Shown piece after piece: positions 17,398 through 26,596 of a DNA stretch of 45,891 nucleotides. The notes beneath the pieces were generated by a model, which saw nothing but the letters and a program-made list of their open reading frames with translations, did not search any database and was not told the origin of the DNA. The position numbers and the translations under genes are program-made. The stretch spans positions 1 to 45,891 of the forward strand of contig CAZVBS010000001.1 of the NCBI GenBank assembly GCA_964625905.1, written 5' to 3'. How positions within the stretch are numbered: position 1 is the first letter of the stretch; every line of letters begins with the position of its first letter. This DNA is from an uncultured Candidatus Saccharibacteria bacterium (GTDB lineage Bacteria > Patescibacteriota > Minisyncoccia > Phycocordibacterales > JABMNX01).

Positions 17398-19212
17398 ATG
17401 AAATACAAAACTTTAAATAATAAAGGACAGACTCTTATTGTTACAGTATTATTTATCTCTGCTAGTATAATGTTTGTTGGTATGGTCACATCAACTATTT
17501 TGACTGAAACTAAAGAAATTTTAAATTTAAAAATCTCTAATGAAACCTATTATCTTACAGAAGGAGCTGGTGAAGATGTTATCTATAGAATAATTTCAGG
17601 GAAACAAACATCTTCTCCTGAGACAGTAAATTTACTTGATGGGACAGTCACTATATCTATACTAGATGTTGGCAATAATTCGAAAGAAATAATAATTGAC
17701 GGGAATGTTTCATCTAGAATCAGAAAAATAAAGACAGAATTAACTACAACAGCGACAGGAGTATCATTTTTTTATGGTGCACAGGTTGGAGTTGGAGGAC
17801 TAGAGATGGATTCCAATTCTAGAATAGAAGGAATAAATGGTTCCGTTGGTAACGTATATTCAAATGGTCCGATTAAAGGGAATAACGGGGCTACAATAAC
17901 TGGAGATGTAATAATAGCAACTGGTATAGCAGAAAATAATCAAACACAATCAATAGTGTGTAATGAAGATCAGTTAGTTGGAAAAGATAATCCAAAAATT
18001 GACTTTGCACAAAGTTTTGTAGCTAGTTCTACTGGATCTATTGCAAAGATAAGTATATATATAAGAAAGGTTGGCAACCCATCAAGTAGAAAAATTAAGA
18101 TTACCAAAGATGATGACGGCTCCCCAAAAAATAAAGATATAGGAGAGGGTACTGTAAATAAAAATTTAGTAGGAATATCTTACGGTTGGATTGATGTAAC
18201 TTTTAATGATCCACCAATGTTAACTGAAGGACAAACATATTGGATAGTATTCGATGCAGATAAAGACGACAATAAATATTGGGAGTGGTGTTCTGGTGTT
18301 AATAATGGATATACTTCTGGTGAAGCAAAGTACAGCAAGAAGTGGAATAAAAGTAGCAATCCGTGGACACAGATATTAGGAGACCTTACTTTTAAGACAT
18401 ATTCAGGTGGCGGTATAAGTAGCATAAAAAATGTAACTGTTGATGGTACTGTCTATGCTAATTCTATAATAGATAGCACTATTGGTGGTGATGCATACTA
18501 TCAAACTATATCTGGATCTACAGTAGCTGGTACAGAATATCCTGGAAGTGGAGATTTTCCTGTTATAAATATGCCAGTGTCAAACTCAAACATTGAAGAT
18601 TGGAAAAATGAGGCAACAAGTGGAGGTGTAATTACTGGTGACTGTGGTGATTCAGGAGATACTGCTTGTCAGATAGAAAGCGGAAACACTCTGCTATTAG
18701 GACCTAAAAGGATCGAAGGAGATTTAAATCTATCAAGTAATCAGACTCTTATAGTAACAGGTGTTATTTATATAACAGGAAACATTGATATTGACGGTAG
18801 TGGTGCTGAGGTAAAATGTGATTCTTTGTATGGAAGTGAGAGTTGTGTAATTATTTCTGATGGTTGGATACATGTTAAAAACAACGTTACATTTTCTGGT
18901 TCTGGGCAAGATGATAGTTATCTAATGCTCTTATCTACTCTAGAGGGGTGTACTGGCTCAGAAGGTTCTTCTTCGTGCACACATCATGATGGAGTTATGG
19001 ATATACACAATAATTCTGGCGGAGCTATATTTTACGCAAATAATGGAATGATAAACCTGCATAACAATGTAAATGTTTCTGCGGCTGTAGCTTATAAACT
19101 GCGTCTTGATAATAACTCCACAGTATCTTATGAGTCGGGTATAACTAACACCACTTTCTCTTCAGGACCATCTGGAGGATGGAGTATAGATTCGTGGAGT
19201 GAAATAGAATAA
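17398..19212 (+). CDS. Large PilX-N-like pilus-associated protein (604 aa), putative tip or adhesin component
   Basis: N-terminus KGQTLIVTVLFISASIMFVGMV is PilX-like. The remainder is Gly/Asn/Ser-rich with beta-solenoid-like repeats (GNVYSNGPIKGNNGATITGDVII). Confidence 0.5.
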   Translation: MKYKTLNNKGQTLIVTVLFISASIMFVGMVTSTILTETKEILNLKISNETYYLTEGAGEDVIYRIISGKQTSSPETVNLLDGTVTISILDVGNNSKEIIIDGNVSSRIRKIKTELTTTATGVSFFYGAQVGVGGLEMDSNSRIEGINGSVGNVYSNGPIKGNNGATITGDVIIATGIAENNQTQSIVCNEDQLVGKDNPKIDFAQSFVASSTGSIAKISIYIRKVGNPSSRKIKITKDDDGSPKNKDIGEGTVNKNLVGISYGWIDVTFNDPPMLTEGQTYWIVFDADKDDNKYWEWCSGVNNGYTSGEAKYSKKWNKSSNPWTQILGDLTFKTYSGGGISSIKNVTVDGTVYANSIIDSTIGGDAYYQTISGSTVAGTEYPGSGDFPVINMPVSNSNIEDWKNEATSGGVITGDCGDSGDTACQIESGNTLLLGPKRIEGDLNLSSNQTLIVTGVIYITGNIDIDGSGAEVKCDSLYGSESCVIISDGWIHVKNNVTFSGSGQDDSYLMLLSTLEGCTGSEGSSSCTHHDGVMDIHNNSGGAIFYANNGMINLHNNVNVSAAVAYKLRLDNNSTVSYESGITNTTFSSGPSGGWSIDSWSEIE

Positions 19213-19312
19213 TATTTATATATCTAACTTTGTGTTAATTAGATCACAAGGTAATTTGTGCTGAGATACTTGATTTTATGTGTAAGTATTAACTATGATA
19301 CAATTCTCTATT

Positions 19313-20086
19313 ATGTCTAAAGATAAAAAGATCATCATAGCTAACTGGAAGATGAATCCGGAGAGCGCGATAAAAGCAAAAGAGCTTTTTGTTGGAGTTA
19401 AGAAAGTTGCAAGTAAACTAACAAACGTACAAACAGTCATAGCTACTCCGTTTGTATATTTATCAGAAATCAGTAAATTATATCGTGGTCACAGGATTGA
19501 GTTTGCAGCGCAAGATGTATTTTGGGAGAAAAAAGGCTCATTTACAGGAGAGATAAGTAGCGCAATGCTTAAAGACAGTGGAGCAACATATGTTATTGTG
19601 GGTCATTCAGAACGTCGCGCACTTGGTGAAGGAGACGAAGAAATAAACCAAAAAGTACTTACTTCTGTTAAAACAGATTTAACTACAATACTTTGTATTG
19701 GAGAGTCTGATCGTGACCATAAAAATGGTACACACCTATCTTTTTTAACTTCACAATTAGAATCAGCACTTAAAGGTGTATCAAAAAACAAACTTTTAAA
19801 AATTATAATTGCATATGAACCAATTTGGGCTATAGGAAAGAGTGAGGAAGATGCCATGAAAGGAGATGAGCTTCATGAGACAGTTATATTTATTAGGAAA
19901 ATATTAACTAGTATTTTTGGCAAGAATCTTGCATTTAGTGTACCAATTTTATATGGAGGATCAGCTGGTAGAGGTAATACAAAAACATTACTAACTGAAG
20001 GCATGGTTGATGGATTGTTAGTAGGCCATGCAAGTTTAAAAATAGCCGAGTTTAATGACATGCTGAAAATAGCACAAAATATATAA
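19313..20086 (+). CDS. tpiA: Triosephosphate isomerase
   Basis: IIANWKMN, VIVGHSERR, IAYEPIWAIG, YGGS. The start is set at MSKDKK because the ORF-track ATG at 19295 lies inside the -10 box TATGAT. Confidence 0.9.
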   Translation: MSKDKKIIIANWKMNPESAIKAKELFVGVKKVASKLTNVQTVIATPFVYLSEISKLYRGHRIEFAAQDVFWEKKGSFTGEISSAMLKDSGATYVIVGHSERRALGEGDEEINQKVLTSVKTDLTTILCIGESDRDHKNGTHLSFLTSQLESALKGVSKNKLLKIIIAYEPIWAIGKSEEDAMKGDELHETVIFIRKILTSIFGKNLAFSVPILYGGSAGRGNTKTLLTEGMVDGLLVGHASLKIAEFNDMLKIAQNI

Positions 20087-21186
20087 TGAAAAGTATTAAA
20101 GAAGCTGGAGATTTAAAAGGAAAGAGTGTTCTTGTACGAATTGATATTGATGATCATGGCGTAAATACACTTCCAGTTGAAGCACTTAAGCCAACACTTT
20201 CCTATTTAAAGATGTCAGGAGCACGCACAATTCTCTTGGGGCATATAGGAAGAGACGGACATATATCTTCTAGTAAGATTTTTGATATTTTAAAAAAAGA
20301 GATAGAACTCAGTTTCGTACCAGATATTACTGGAGATATAGCAAAAACTAGTATAGATAAGATGCAAGATGGAGAAGTAGTGTTGTTAGAAAATGTGCGA
20401 GGAGATAAAAGAGAGATGGAAAATGACGAAGCTTTTTCAAAAGAGCTCGCAAGTCTGGCTGACATATACGTAAACGATGCTTTCTCTGTTTCGCACAGAG
20501 AACACGCATCTATTGCTGGTGTTACTAAATATTTACCAAGTTACGCAGGGCTCCGTCTACTTAAAGAAATAGATGAACTCTCTAAGATACTTTCTCCTGA
20601 ATCTCCATCTATGTTCATTTTAAGTGGTGCGAAGATAGAAACTAAATTACCTTTAGTAGAGAAGTTTTTAACTATTTACGACCATGTATTTATTGGTGGT
20701 GTTCTTGCAAACGATATATTTAAAGCTAAGGGGTTTGAAACAGGGGTGTCTGTTACTTCAAATGGAAGTGTTGATATGTCATCATTACTCAATAATGAAA
20801 AGATTTTAATACCAAGCGACGTTATTGTAAGAGAGGGTAGTAAATCAACGATAAAAAAAGCAAATGAAGTCCTAAAAAGAGAGAAGATAGTAGATGCTGG
20901 ACCAGAAACAGTAGCAACACTTAGTGCAAAGATAAAAGATATGAACTGTGTTGTGTGGAATGGTCCTCTTGGAGAATATGAGATAGGTTTCGATAAATCA
21001 ACTAAGGATCTGGCTGTGAGTATTGCTGAAAGTAGAGCTTATTCTGTTATAGGAGGTGGTGATACACTAAATGCGATAGAAAGCCTTAATATAGAAGAAA
21101 AGTATTCATTTGTTTCAACTGGAGGAGGTGCAATGTTAGAGTTTTTATTACACGGAACTCTTCCTGGAATTGAAGCCCTAAAATAG
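20086..21186 (+). CDS. pgk: Phosphoglycerate kinase
   Basis: VLVRIDID, NDAFSVSHREHAS, WNGPLGEYE, GGGDT, STGGGA. Its ATG overlaps the tpiA stop (TAATG). Confidence 0.9.
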   Translation: MKSIKEAGDLKGKSVLVRIDIDDHGVNTLPVEALKPTLSYLKMSGARTILLGHIGRDGHISSSKIFDILKKEIELSFVPDITGDIAKTSIDKMQDGEVVLLENVRGDKREMENDEAFSKELASLADIYVNDAFSVSHREHASIAGVTKYLPSYAGLRLLKEIDELSKILSPESPSMFILSGAKIETKLPLVEKFLTIYDHVFIGGVLANDIFKAKGFETGVSVTSNGSVDMSSLLNNEKILIPSDVIVREGSKSTIKKANEVLKREKIVDAGPETVATLSAKIKDMNCVVWNGPLGEYEIGFDKSTKDLAVSIAESRAYSVIGGGDTLNAIESLNIEEKYSFVSTGGGAMLEFLLHGTLPGIEALK

Positions 21187-21257
21187 TAGAATATTTGTAC
21201 TTTAGTTTATACTTGTGTATTCTAAAAAGTAGACAATGTTTTTAGGAGGATTTTTCA

Positions 21258-21416
21258 ATGGATGATAATAATAGAGGTAGTATAGGTTGTGCATATGTAC
21301 AAAAAAAGAAAATATCAATAAGTGGATTCACAGGCACATTGATTCTTATTTTTTATATAATTTCCATTATGTGTTCAATCTGGCCAAGCTGTTACGATAT
21401 TTTAGTCTATTTTTAG
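21258..21416 (+). CDS. Hypothetical 52-aa membrane peptide
   Basis: AGGAGG (21244-21249) upstream, C-terminal hydrophobic segment GTLILIFYIISIMCSIW, terminator downstream. Preferred over the overlapping track ORF 21287..21469, which lacks an RBS. Confidence 0.35.
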   Translation: MDDNNRGSIGCAYVQKKKISISGFTGTLILIFYIISIMCSIWPSCYDILVYF

Positions 21417-21426
21417 AGATCTTAAC

Positions 21427-21453
21427 AAAGATGACTTTTGAACGGTCATCTTT
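21427..21453. terminator. Bidirectional hairpin
   Basis: AAAGATGAC-loop-GTCATCTTT between the small ORF and the HIT gene. Confidence 0.55.
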
Positions 21454-21461
21454 TCTCGTTA

Positions 21462-21866
21462 TTAAATAAGCTTACGAATACTATATCCAATTTTTTCTAT
21501 CTCATTGTCTTTATATGGAGTACCTTTCCATGGACGATATCCATCTTCATCATAGCGTGGAATAATATGTACATGAGTATGGAACACTTCTTGAAATGCT
21601 GACGCTTCATTATTCATATATACATTTATGCCAGTTGCATTCACAGCTTCTCTTATAATTGGAGTAAGTTTACGTACAGTTTTCATAAGAGCTTTAAAGT
21701 CTTCTTCTTTGATATCAAGAATGTTTCGTGAGTGTACTTTAGGTATTACCAAGGTGTGTCCAATGTTATTAGGATTTATATCAAGAAAAGCATAGGTTTT
21801 ATCGTCCTCATATATCTTTTCAGAAGGAATCTCTCCTTTGATGATTTTTAAAAATAAATCATTCAT
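21462..21866 (-). CDS. HIT (histidine triad) family nucleotide hydrolase
   Basis: HTLVIPK and the histidine triad HTHVHIIPR. Confidence 0.9.
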   Translation of the reverse strand: MNDLFLKIIKGEIPSEKIYEDDKTYAFLDINPNNIGHTLVIPKVHSRNILDIKEEDFKALMKTVRKLTPIIREAVNATGINVYMNNEASAFQEVFHTHVHIIPRYDEDGYRPWKGTPYKDNEIEKIGYSIRKLI

Positions 21867-21923
21867 ATATATGATTGTATGCTAGAATTCGTGAAAACCC
21901 AAAATTTAAAACAGATAGATATA

Positions 21924-23645
21924 ATGAACTCTTATATAATAAAAGATACCTATAAAGACAAGGACAAAAAAGAGCTGGAAATGTATCCAGAATTACTCCA
22001 AGAACTATTAATAAATAGAGGAATTAAGACAAAAAAAGAGGCGGACATTTTTCTAAATCCAGATTACGTTAAACACCTTCACGATCCATTTTTTATAAAA
22101 AATATGGACAAAGTTGTTGGACGTATATTAAAAGCAATCTCACAAAAAGAAAAAATAGTGATTTATAGCGACTACGATTGTGACGGTATTCCAGGTGGAG
22201 TACTGCTCCATGATTTCTTTAAGAAGATAAAATATAAAAACTTTATAAACTATATTCCGCATAGACACGATGAAGGTTATGGTCTCAATATCCATGCAAT
22301 GGAAGAGTTTGGAAAAGAAAAAGTTGATGTTCTTATAAGTGTCGATTGTGGAATTACAGATATATTACCAGTTGAAAAAGCAAACGAGTTTGGAATAGAC
22401 GTAATTATTACAGACCATCATGTTACTGGTGAAAAACTACCTAAGGCGTTTGCAATATTAAACTCAAAACAAAAAGACGATACGTATCCATACGGCATGC
22501 TTTGTGGTACAGGAGTTGCGTTTAAGTTAGTACAAGCACTTATTGAAAAAGGTAATAGTACAAATAGTGGTGTAAGTTTCAATATAAAAGAAGGTTGGGA
22601 AAAGTGGCTACTCGATATGGTTGGACTTGCAACAATTGCAGACATGGTTCCACTTACGGGGGAGAACAGAGTTCTCGCACATTATGGGTTACTCGTCTTG
22701 CGTAAATCAAGACGTCTAGGGCTTATACAGTTATGTAGAAAAATGTATATAAAACAGAGGAATATAACAGAGGATGATGTTGGATTTATGATTGCACCAA
22801 GAATAAATGCAGCATCTCGTATGGGCATACCAATGGATGCATTTAAATTACTTTCTACAGATGACGAAGTAGAAGCAGGAACCCTTTCAGTTCATCTAGA
22901 TAAAATTAATAACAAACGAAAAGGCTTAGTTGGAGCTACAACACGAGAGGTAAAGAAACGCATAGACAAGGATAATCTTAAAGAAGTGATAGTTATGGGT
23001 AATCCAGACTGGAAGCCACCGCTACTTGGTATAGTGGCAAATAATATTTCTGAGTTATACAAAAGACCTGTATTTTTATGGGGTAGAGACGGAGGTGAAC
23101 ACCTTAAAGGATCATGTAGATCAGGAAACATAACAGATGTGATGGAATTAATGTCGAACGTAAAGAACAGTTTACTTTTGGAGTTTGGAGGACATGCGTT
23201 TTCAGGAGGGTTCTCAGTATCACACGAAAAGATCCATGAGCTAGAAGGAGGACTTCTAAAAGCTTATGGTAAGATAGATAAAAACAAAGAAGTAGAGCTA
23301 ATGTTTATAGATAAAAAGTTGTCACTTGATGATGTGAATTGGGATACATACAGTGTGTTAGAAAAATTATCTCCATTTGGACAAGGAAACAAAAAACCTC
23401 TATTTCTTTTTGAAAACATAATGATAGAAGACGTTAGAGATTTCGGAAAAGAGAAAAACCACCTACAGATTGATTTTAAGAAAGAGTCAGGTGGTAAAGT
23501 GTCAGTAATTGGATTTTTTAAAACAATTAGTGATTTTAACGGGAAATTAAAACAAGGGAATAAGATAGACTTAATAGCAACAATAGAAAAATCAACATTC
23601 AGAAACATAATAGAGCTCCGTCTTCGCCTAGTCGAAATCCTGTAA
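21924..23645 (+). CDS. recJ: Single-stranded-DNA-specific exonuclease RecJ
   Basis: DHH motifs DYDCDGI, SVDCG, ITDHH, plus a DHHA1 region GGHAFSGG. Start moved to MNSYIIKD, leaving room for a TAGAAT -10 box; 21879 remains possible. Confidence 0.88.
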   Translation: MNSYIIKDTYKDKDKKELEMYPELLQELLINRGIKTKKEADIFLNPDYVKHLHDPFFIKNMDKVVGRILKAISQKEKIVIYSDYDCDGIPGGVLLHDFFKKIKYKNFINYIPHRHDEGYGLNIHAMEEFGKEKVDVLISVDCGITDILPVEKANEFGIDVIITDHHVTGEKLPKAFAILNSKQKDDTYPYGMLCGTGVAFKLVQALIEKGNSTNSGVSFNIKEGWEKWLLDMVGLATIADMVPLTGENRVLAHYGLLVLRKSRRLGLIQLCRKMYIKQRNITEDDVGFMIAPRINAASRMGIPMDAFKLLSTDDEVEAGTLSVHLDKINNKRKGLVGATTREVKKRIDKDNLKEVIVMGNPDWKPPLLGIVANNISELYKRPVFLWGRDGGEHLKGSCRSGNITDVMELMSNVKNSLLLEFGGHAFSGGFSVSHEKIHELEGGLLKAYGKIDKNKEVELMFIDKKLSLDDVNWDTYSVLEKLSPFGQGNKKPLFLFENIMIEDVRDFGKEKNHLQIDFKKESGGKVSVIGFFKTISDFNGKLKQGNKIDLIATIEKSTFRNIIELRLRLVEIL

Positions 23646-23709
23646 GTAATGATTTATATCTAACAAGCCAATCCATTTACCCTCCATCCACCTATTATAT
23701 AACATCCAG

Positions 23710-23749
23710 TAGCACTATTTAGTGCGATGCATCGCACTAAATAGTGCTA
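23710..23749. promoter_or_regulatory. Perfect 40-bp palindromic operator overlapping the promoter of the TrpR-like gene
   Basis: TAGCACTATTTAGTGCGATG/CATCGCACTAAATAGTGCTA. Extended -10 TGcTATACT (23745-23753) lies 6 nt before the ATG at 23760. Confidence 0.65.
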
Positions 23750-23759
23750 TACTGTATAC

Positions 23760-24170
23760 ATGGCTTTTGTATCTAAGAAACCTTTAAAGAAAGAAGTTCA
23801 AACTCAATTAAGTCAACAATTAGTACACACTATTGTTAAATTACGATCTGTAAAAGGAGGTAAGTTTTTTGTTTCCGAATTACTTACTGATACAGAACAA
23901 ATCATGCTTGCGAAACGTCTCATGATTATTTTTATGTTAGCTAAAGAAGTATCACAGTATCGTATCAGACAAGCATTAAATGTCAGTTCCTCTACTGTCG
24001 CGCGCACAGCCAAGACGATGGATAGTGGTGGTTTCGACCATCTTGTTAATGTGTGTAATAAGAAAAAGAACAGAGATATTCTCTGGGATAATTTAGAAGT
24101 TATTATTAGGTTTGGTATGCCATCAATGGGTAAAAATAGGTGGGACTGGTTTAATAAACATTATAAATAA
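23760..24170 (+). CDS. TrpR/YerC-YecD-like helix-turn-helix DNA-binding protein
   Basis: LTDTEQIMLAKRL....YRIRQALNVSSSTVARTAK resembles the Trp repressor family HTH. Confidence 0.6.
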   Translation: MAFVSKKPLKKEVQTQLSQQLVHTIVKLRSVKGGKFFVSELLTDTEQIMLAKRLMIIFMLAKEVSQYRIRQALNVSSSTVARTAKTMDSGGFDHLVNVCNKKKNRDILWDNLEVIIRFGMPSMGKNRWDWFNKHYK

Positions 24171-24187
24171 TCTTCAAAATAAGATTA

Positions 24188-24213
24188 TTTTAGTGCGATG
24201 TATCGCACTAAAA
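24188..24213. promoter_or_regulatory. Second copy of the operator core, upstream of rnhA
   Basis: TTTTAGTGCGATGTATCGCACTAAAA. The 24-nt core differs from the first site by one central base. Confidence 0.55.
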
Positions 24214-24265
24214 TTGATATAAAATACAGTGATTTTATTATTGATATGATATAGTATGGAATATT

Positions 24266-24679
24266 ATGCAGAAGATAATTATTTATACAGACGGTGGAGC
24301 TCGCAATAATCCTGGGCCGGCAGGGGCAGGGGCTATTATTTTCAATGAAAGCGGTGAAGTACTTAAAGAATCATCGAAATATTTAGGGGAACGTACCAAT
24401 AATTGGGCAGAATATGAGGCTGTGATTCTTGGTTTTGAAGAAGCAAAAAAGCTTGGATTAAATGAAAGAGAAATAGAGTTCAGAGTTGATAGTCAACTAA
24501 TACAACAACAGATTTTAGGAAATTATAGAGTTAAAGAACCTGCTTTACGTGAACAATTTGCTAGAATAAAAGATTTTCAAGAAAAATATTTTAAAAATGT
24601 AACTTTTACTCATATTCCAAGAGAAGAAAACAAAGAAGCTGATCGCCTAGCAAACGAAGCGATGGATAGGGGTAAATAA
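24266..24679 (+). CDS. rnhA: Ribonuclease HI
   Basis: IYTDGGARNNPGPAG, NNWAEYEAVI, VDSQL, ENKEADRLAN: the DEDD catalytic pattern. Confidence 0.88.
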   Translation: MQKIIIYTDGGARNNPGPAGAGAIIFNESGEVLKESSKYLGERTNNWAEYEAVILGFEEAKKLGLNEREIEFRVDSQLIQQQILGNYRVKEPALREQFARIKDFQEKYFKNVTFTHIPREENKEADRLANEAMDRGK

Positions 24680-24703
24680 AAAATAGGAACAAGTGAGCAA
24701 TAT

Positions 24704-26185
24704 ATGAAAAACATTATCTACCTAATTGTCGGTGGGTTTGTTATAGGGGTGTTTCTACACTCTTTTTTTGATTTTGGGATATGGTTCTCCGTATTTGTTT
24801 TTGGGCTTGGTATGTTTCTACTTTTGACTTCATTTATTCTTGAAAATAAACGGGTGGTACTATTTGTTAGCATACTCGTTATTTCTGTGGCGCTTGGATT
24901 ACTGCGATATGATATAGCGTTGATACATCAAGGTAGCGCAGTGGTAGATAGTTTTATTAATAAAACTATTTTAGCAGAGGGAATTGTTGTTGATGAACCA
25001 GATGTGCGAGAGCGAAGTACAAACTACACAATTAAGTTGCAGAAGATTTCTGGAGCAGATGTTTCAGAGAAAGTACGCATAGTAGCAAGTTCGTATCCTC
25101 AACTTACATATGGCGACAAGGTTGTAATTAGAGGAGAATTACAAAAACCAGAAGGATTTACAACAGACACTGGAAAATATTTTGACTATGCATCATTTCT
25201 ATCTAAAGACGATATTTTTTATCAGATGTTGTTTCCAGAATTAGAGTTTGTGTCTGGAGGTCATGGTAATGTTACAAAACAATACTTATTTACTTTTAAG
25301 AATGCGTTTTTATACAAAATCCAGAAGTTAATACCTGATCCCCAAGTAGCGCTACTCGGCGGACTTGTGGTTGGAGCAAAGCAGTCACTGGGTGAAGAAC
25401 TTCAAGATGACTTTCGTAAAACAGGGATCATTCACATTGTTGTTTTGTCTGGGTACAATGTGACGATTGTTGCGGAAGCTATCATGCGGACTTTTTCTTT
25501 TCTTCCTAGGTTAGCAGGTATGTCACTTGGTGTAGTATCGATAATTTTATTCGCTCTTATTACAGGAGCGTCAGCAACTATAGTGCGCGCAAGCATTATG
25601 GCGTTGTTTGTGATTTTAGCGCGAGCTACTGGGCAAACATATGGTATGACACAAGCATTATTAATTGCTGGTTTTTTGATGGTCTTACATAATCCAAAGA
25701 TATTGGTTTATGATGCATCATTTCAACTTTCTTTTCTTGCGACAATTGGTTTGATTCATTTTTCTCCACTTCTAGATAAGTATATATCGTTTATTCCTTC
25801 AAAATTACAGTTTAGAGAGTTCGCAACAGCCACAATAGCGACACAGATTTTTGTATTACCTCTTTTATTATATAAAATGGGCGAACTTTCCTTGGTCGCT
25901 CTACCTGTAAACTTACTTGTGCTTATAACTGTGCCAGTGACGATGCTTTTCGGGTTCCTTGCTGGCATTGTTTCATTTGTAAGCTATTTTCTTGCGACAC
26001 CTTTTGCATTTATTGCTCACGTTCTTCTCACATACCAACTCAAGGTGGTCGAATTGTTTGCAGATGTTCCTTTTGCTTCAGTTAAAATTAATACATTTCC
26101 ACTGTGGCTTATGCTCTTGTTTTACGCTGTATATGGAATTATCTTATGGAAGATTTACAGGAAAACTATTAACTCAATTACGTAA
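24704..26185 (+). CDS. comEC: ComEC/Rec2 competence channel protein, membrane portion only (DUF4131 plus Competence domain)
   Basis: Polytopic membrane protein with an OB-like insert after the first TMs and the motif FRKTGIIHIVVLSGYNV. It lacks the C-terminal MBL domain. Confidence 0.8.
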   Translation: MKNIIYLIVGGFVIGVFLHSFFDFGIWFSVFVFGLGMFLLLTSFILENKRVVLFVSILVISVALGLLRYDIALIHQGSAVVDSFINKTILAEGIVVDEPDVRERSTNYTIKLQKISGADVSEKVRIVASSYPQLTYGDKVVIRGELQKPEGFTTDTGKYFDYASFLSKDDIFYQMLFPELEFVSGGHGNVTKQYLFTFKNAFLYKIQKLIPDPQVALLGGLVVGAKQSLGEELQDDFRKTGIIHIVVLSGYNVTIVAEAIMRTFSFLPRLAGMSLGVVSIILFALITGASATIVRASIMALFVILARATGQTYGMTQALLIAGFLMVLHNPKILVYDASFQLSFLATIGLIHFSPLLDKYISFIPSKLQFREFATATIATQIFVLPLLLYKMGELSLVALPVNLLVLITVPVTMLFGFLAGIVSFVSYFLATPFAFIAHVLLTYQLKVVELFADVPFASVKINTFPLWLMLLFYAVYGIILWKIYRKTINSIT

Positions 26186-26271
26186 CATATAAATTGTTTT
26201 CCACGTCTCTGGCAGGTGTTTCTTTAAGAGCGCGGGTATACTATGTATATAGGTCGTAATTGATATTTTTT

Positions 26272-26541
26272 ATGTTAAACAATATGTCAACACAAACGAT
26301 AGCAATCGGAGGAGTTGTTGTGATTGCACTTGCAGGTACTGGAATGTACATGGCATAAAATAGGATTGAAATTTGTCATGTTACAAATGATTCTAACAAG
26401 CCTTGGAATATAATTACTGTAAGTGAGCGTGCATGGGGATCAAAACATGAAGCTCATGGCGACAAATATCCTGTTCCAGCAGGAGGCTGTGACGAAGATA
26501 CAGGAGGTGGTCCGCCACCACCACCAGTAGGAGAGATTTAA
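26272..26541 (+). pseudogene. Small secreted-type gene interrupted by one in-frame TAA: 28-aa signal anchor plus 60-codon Cys/His domain
   Basis: MLNNMSTQTIAIGGVVVIALAGTGMYMA-TAA(26356-26358)-NRIEICHVTNDSNKPWNIITVSERAWGSKHEAHGDKYPVPAGGCDEDTGGGPPPPPVGEI. The second part has no ATG/GTG/TTG start in frame. TATACT -10 at 26237, terminator after 26541. Confidence 0.4.
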
Positions 26542-26596
26542 TTCTCTTAAACAAAAAACACCGCGGTAACCTGTGGCGTTTTTTGTTTTACGTAAT

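Noticed and set aside
21287-21469. 60-aa track ORF MCICTKKEN...
   Set aside because: It has no RBS, is in a different frame from the AGGAGG-preceded ORF at 21258, and runs through the terminator hairpin into the HIT gene's 3' end.
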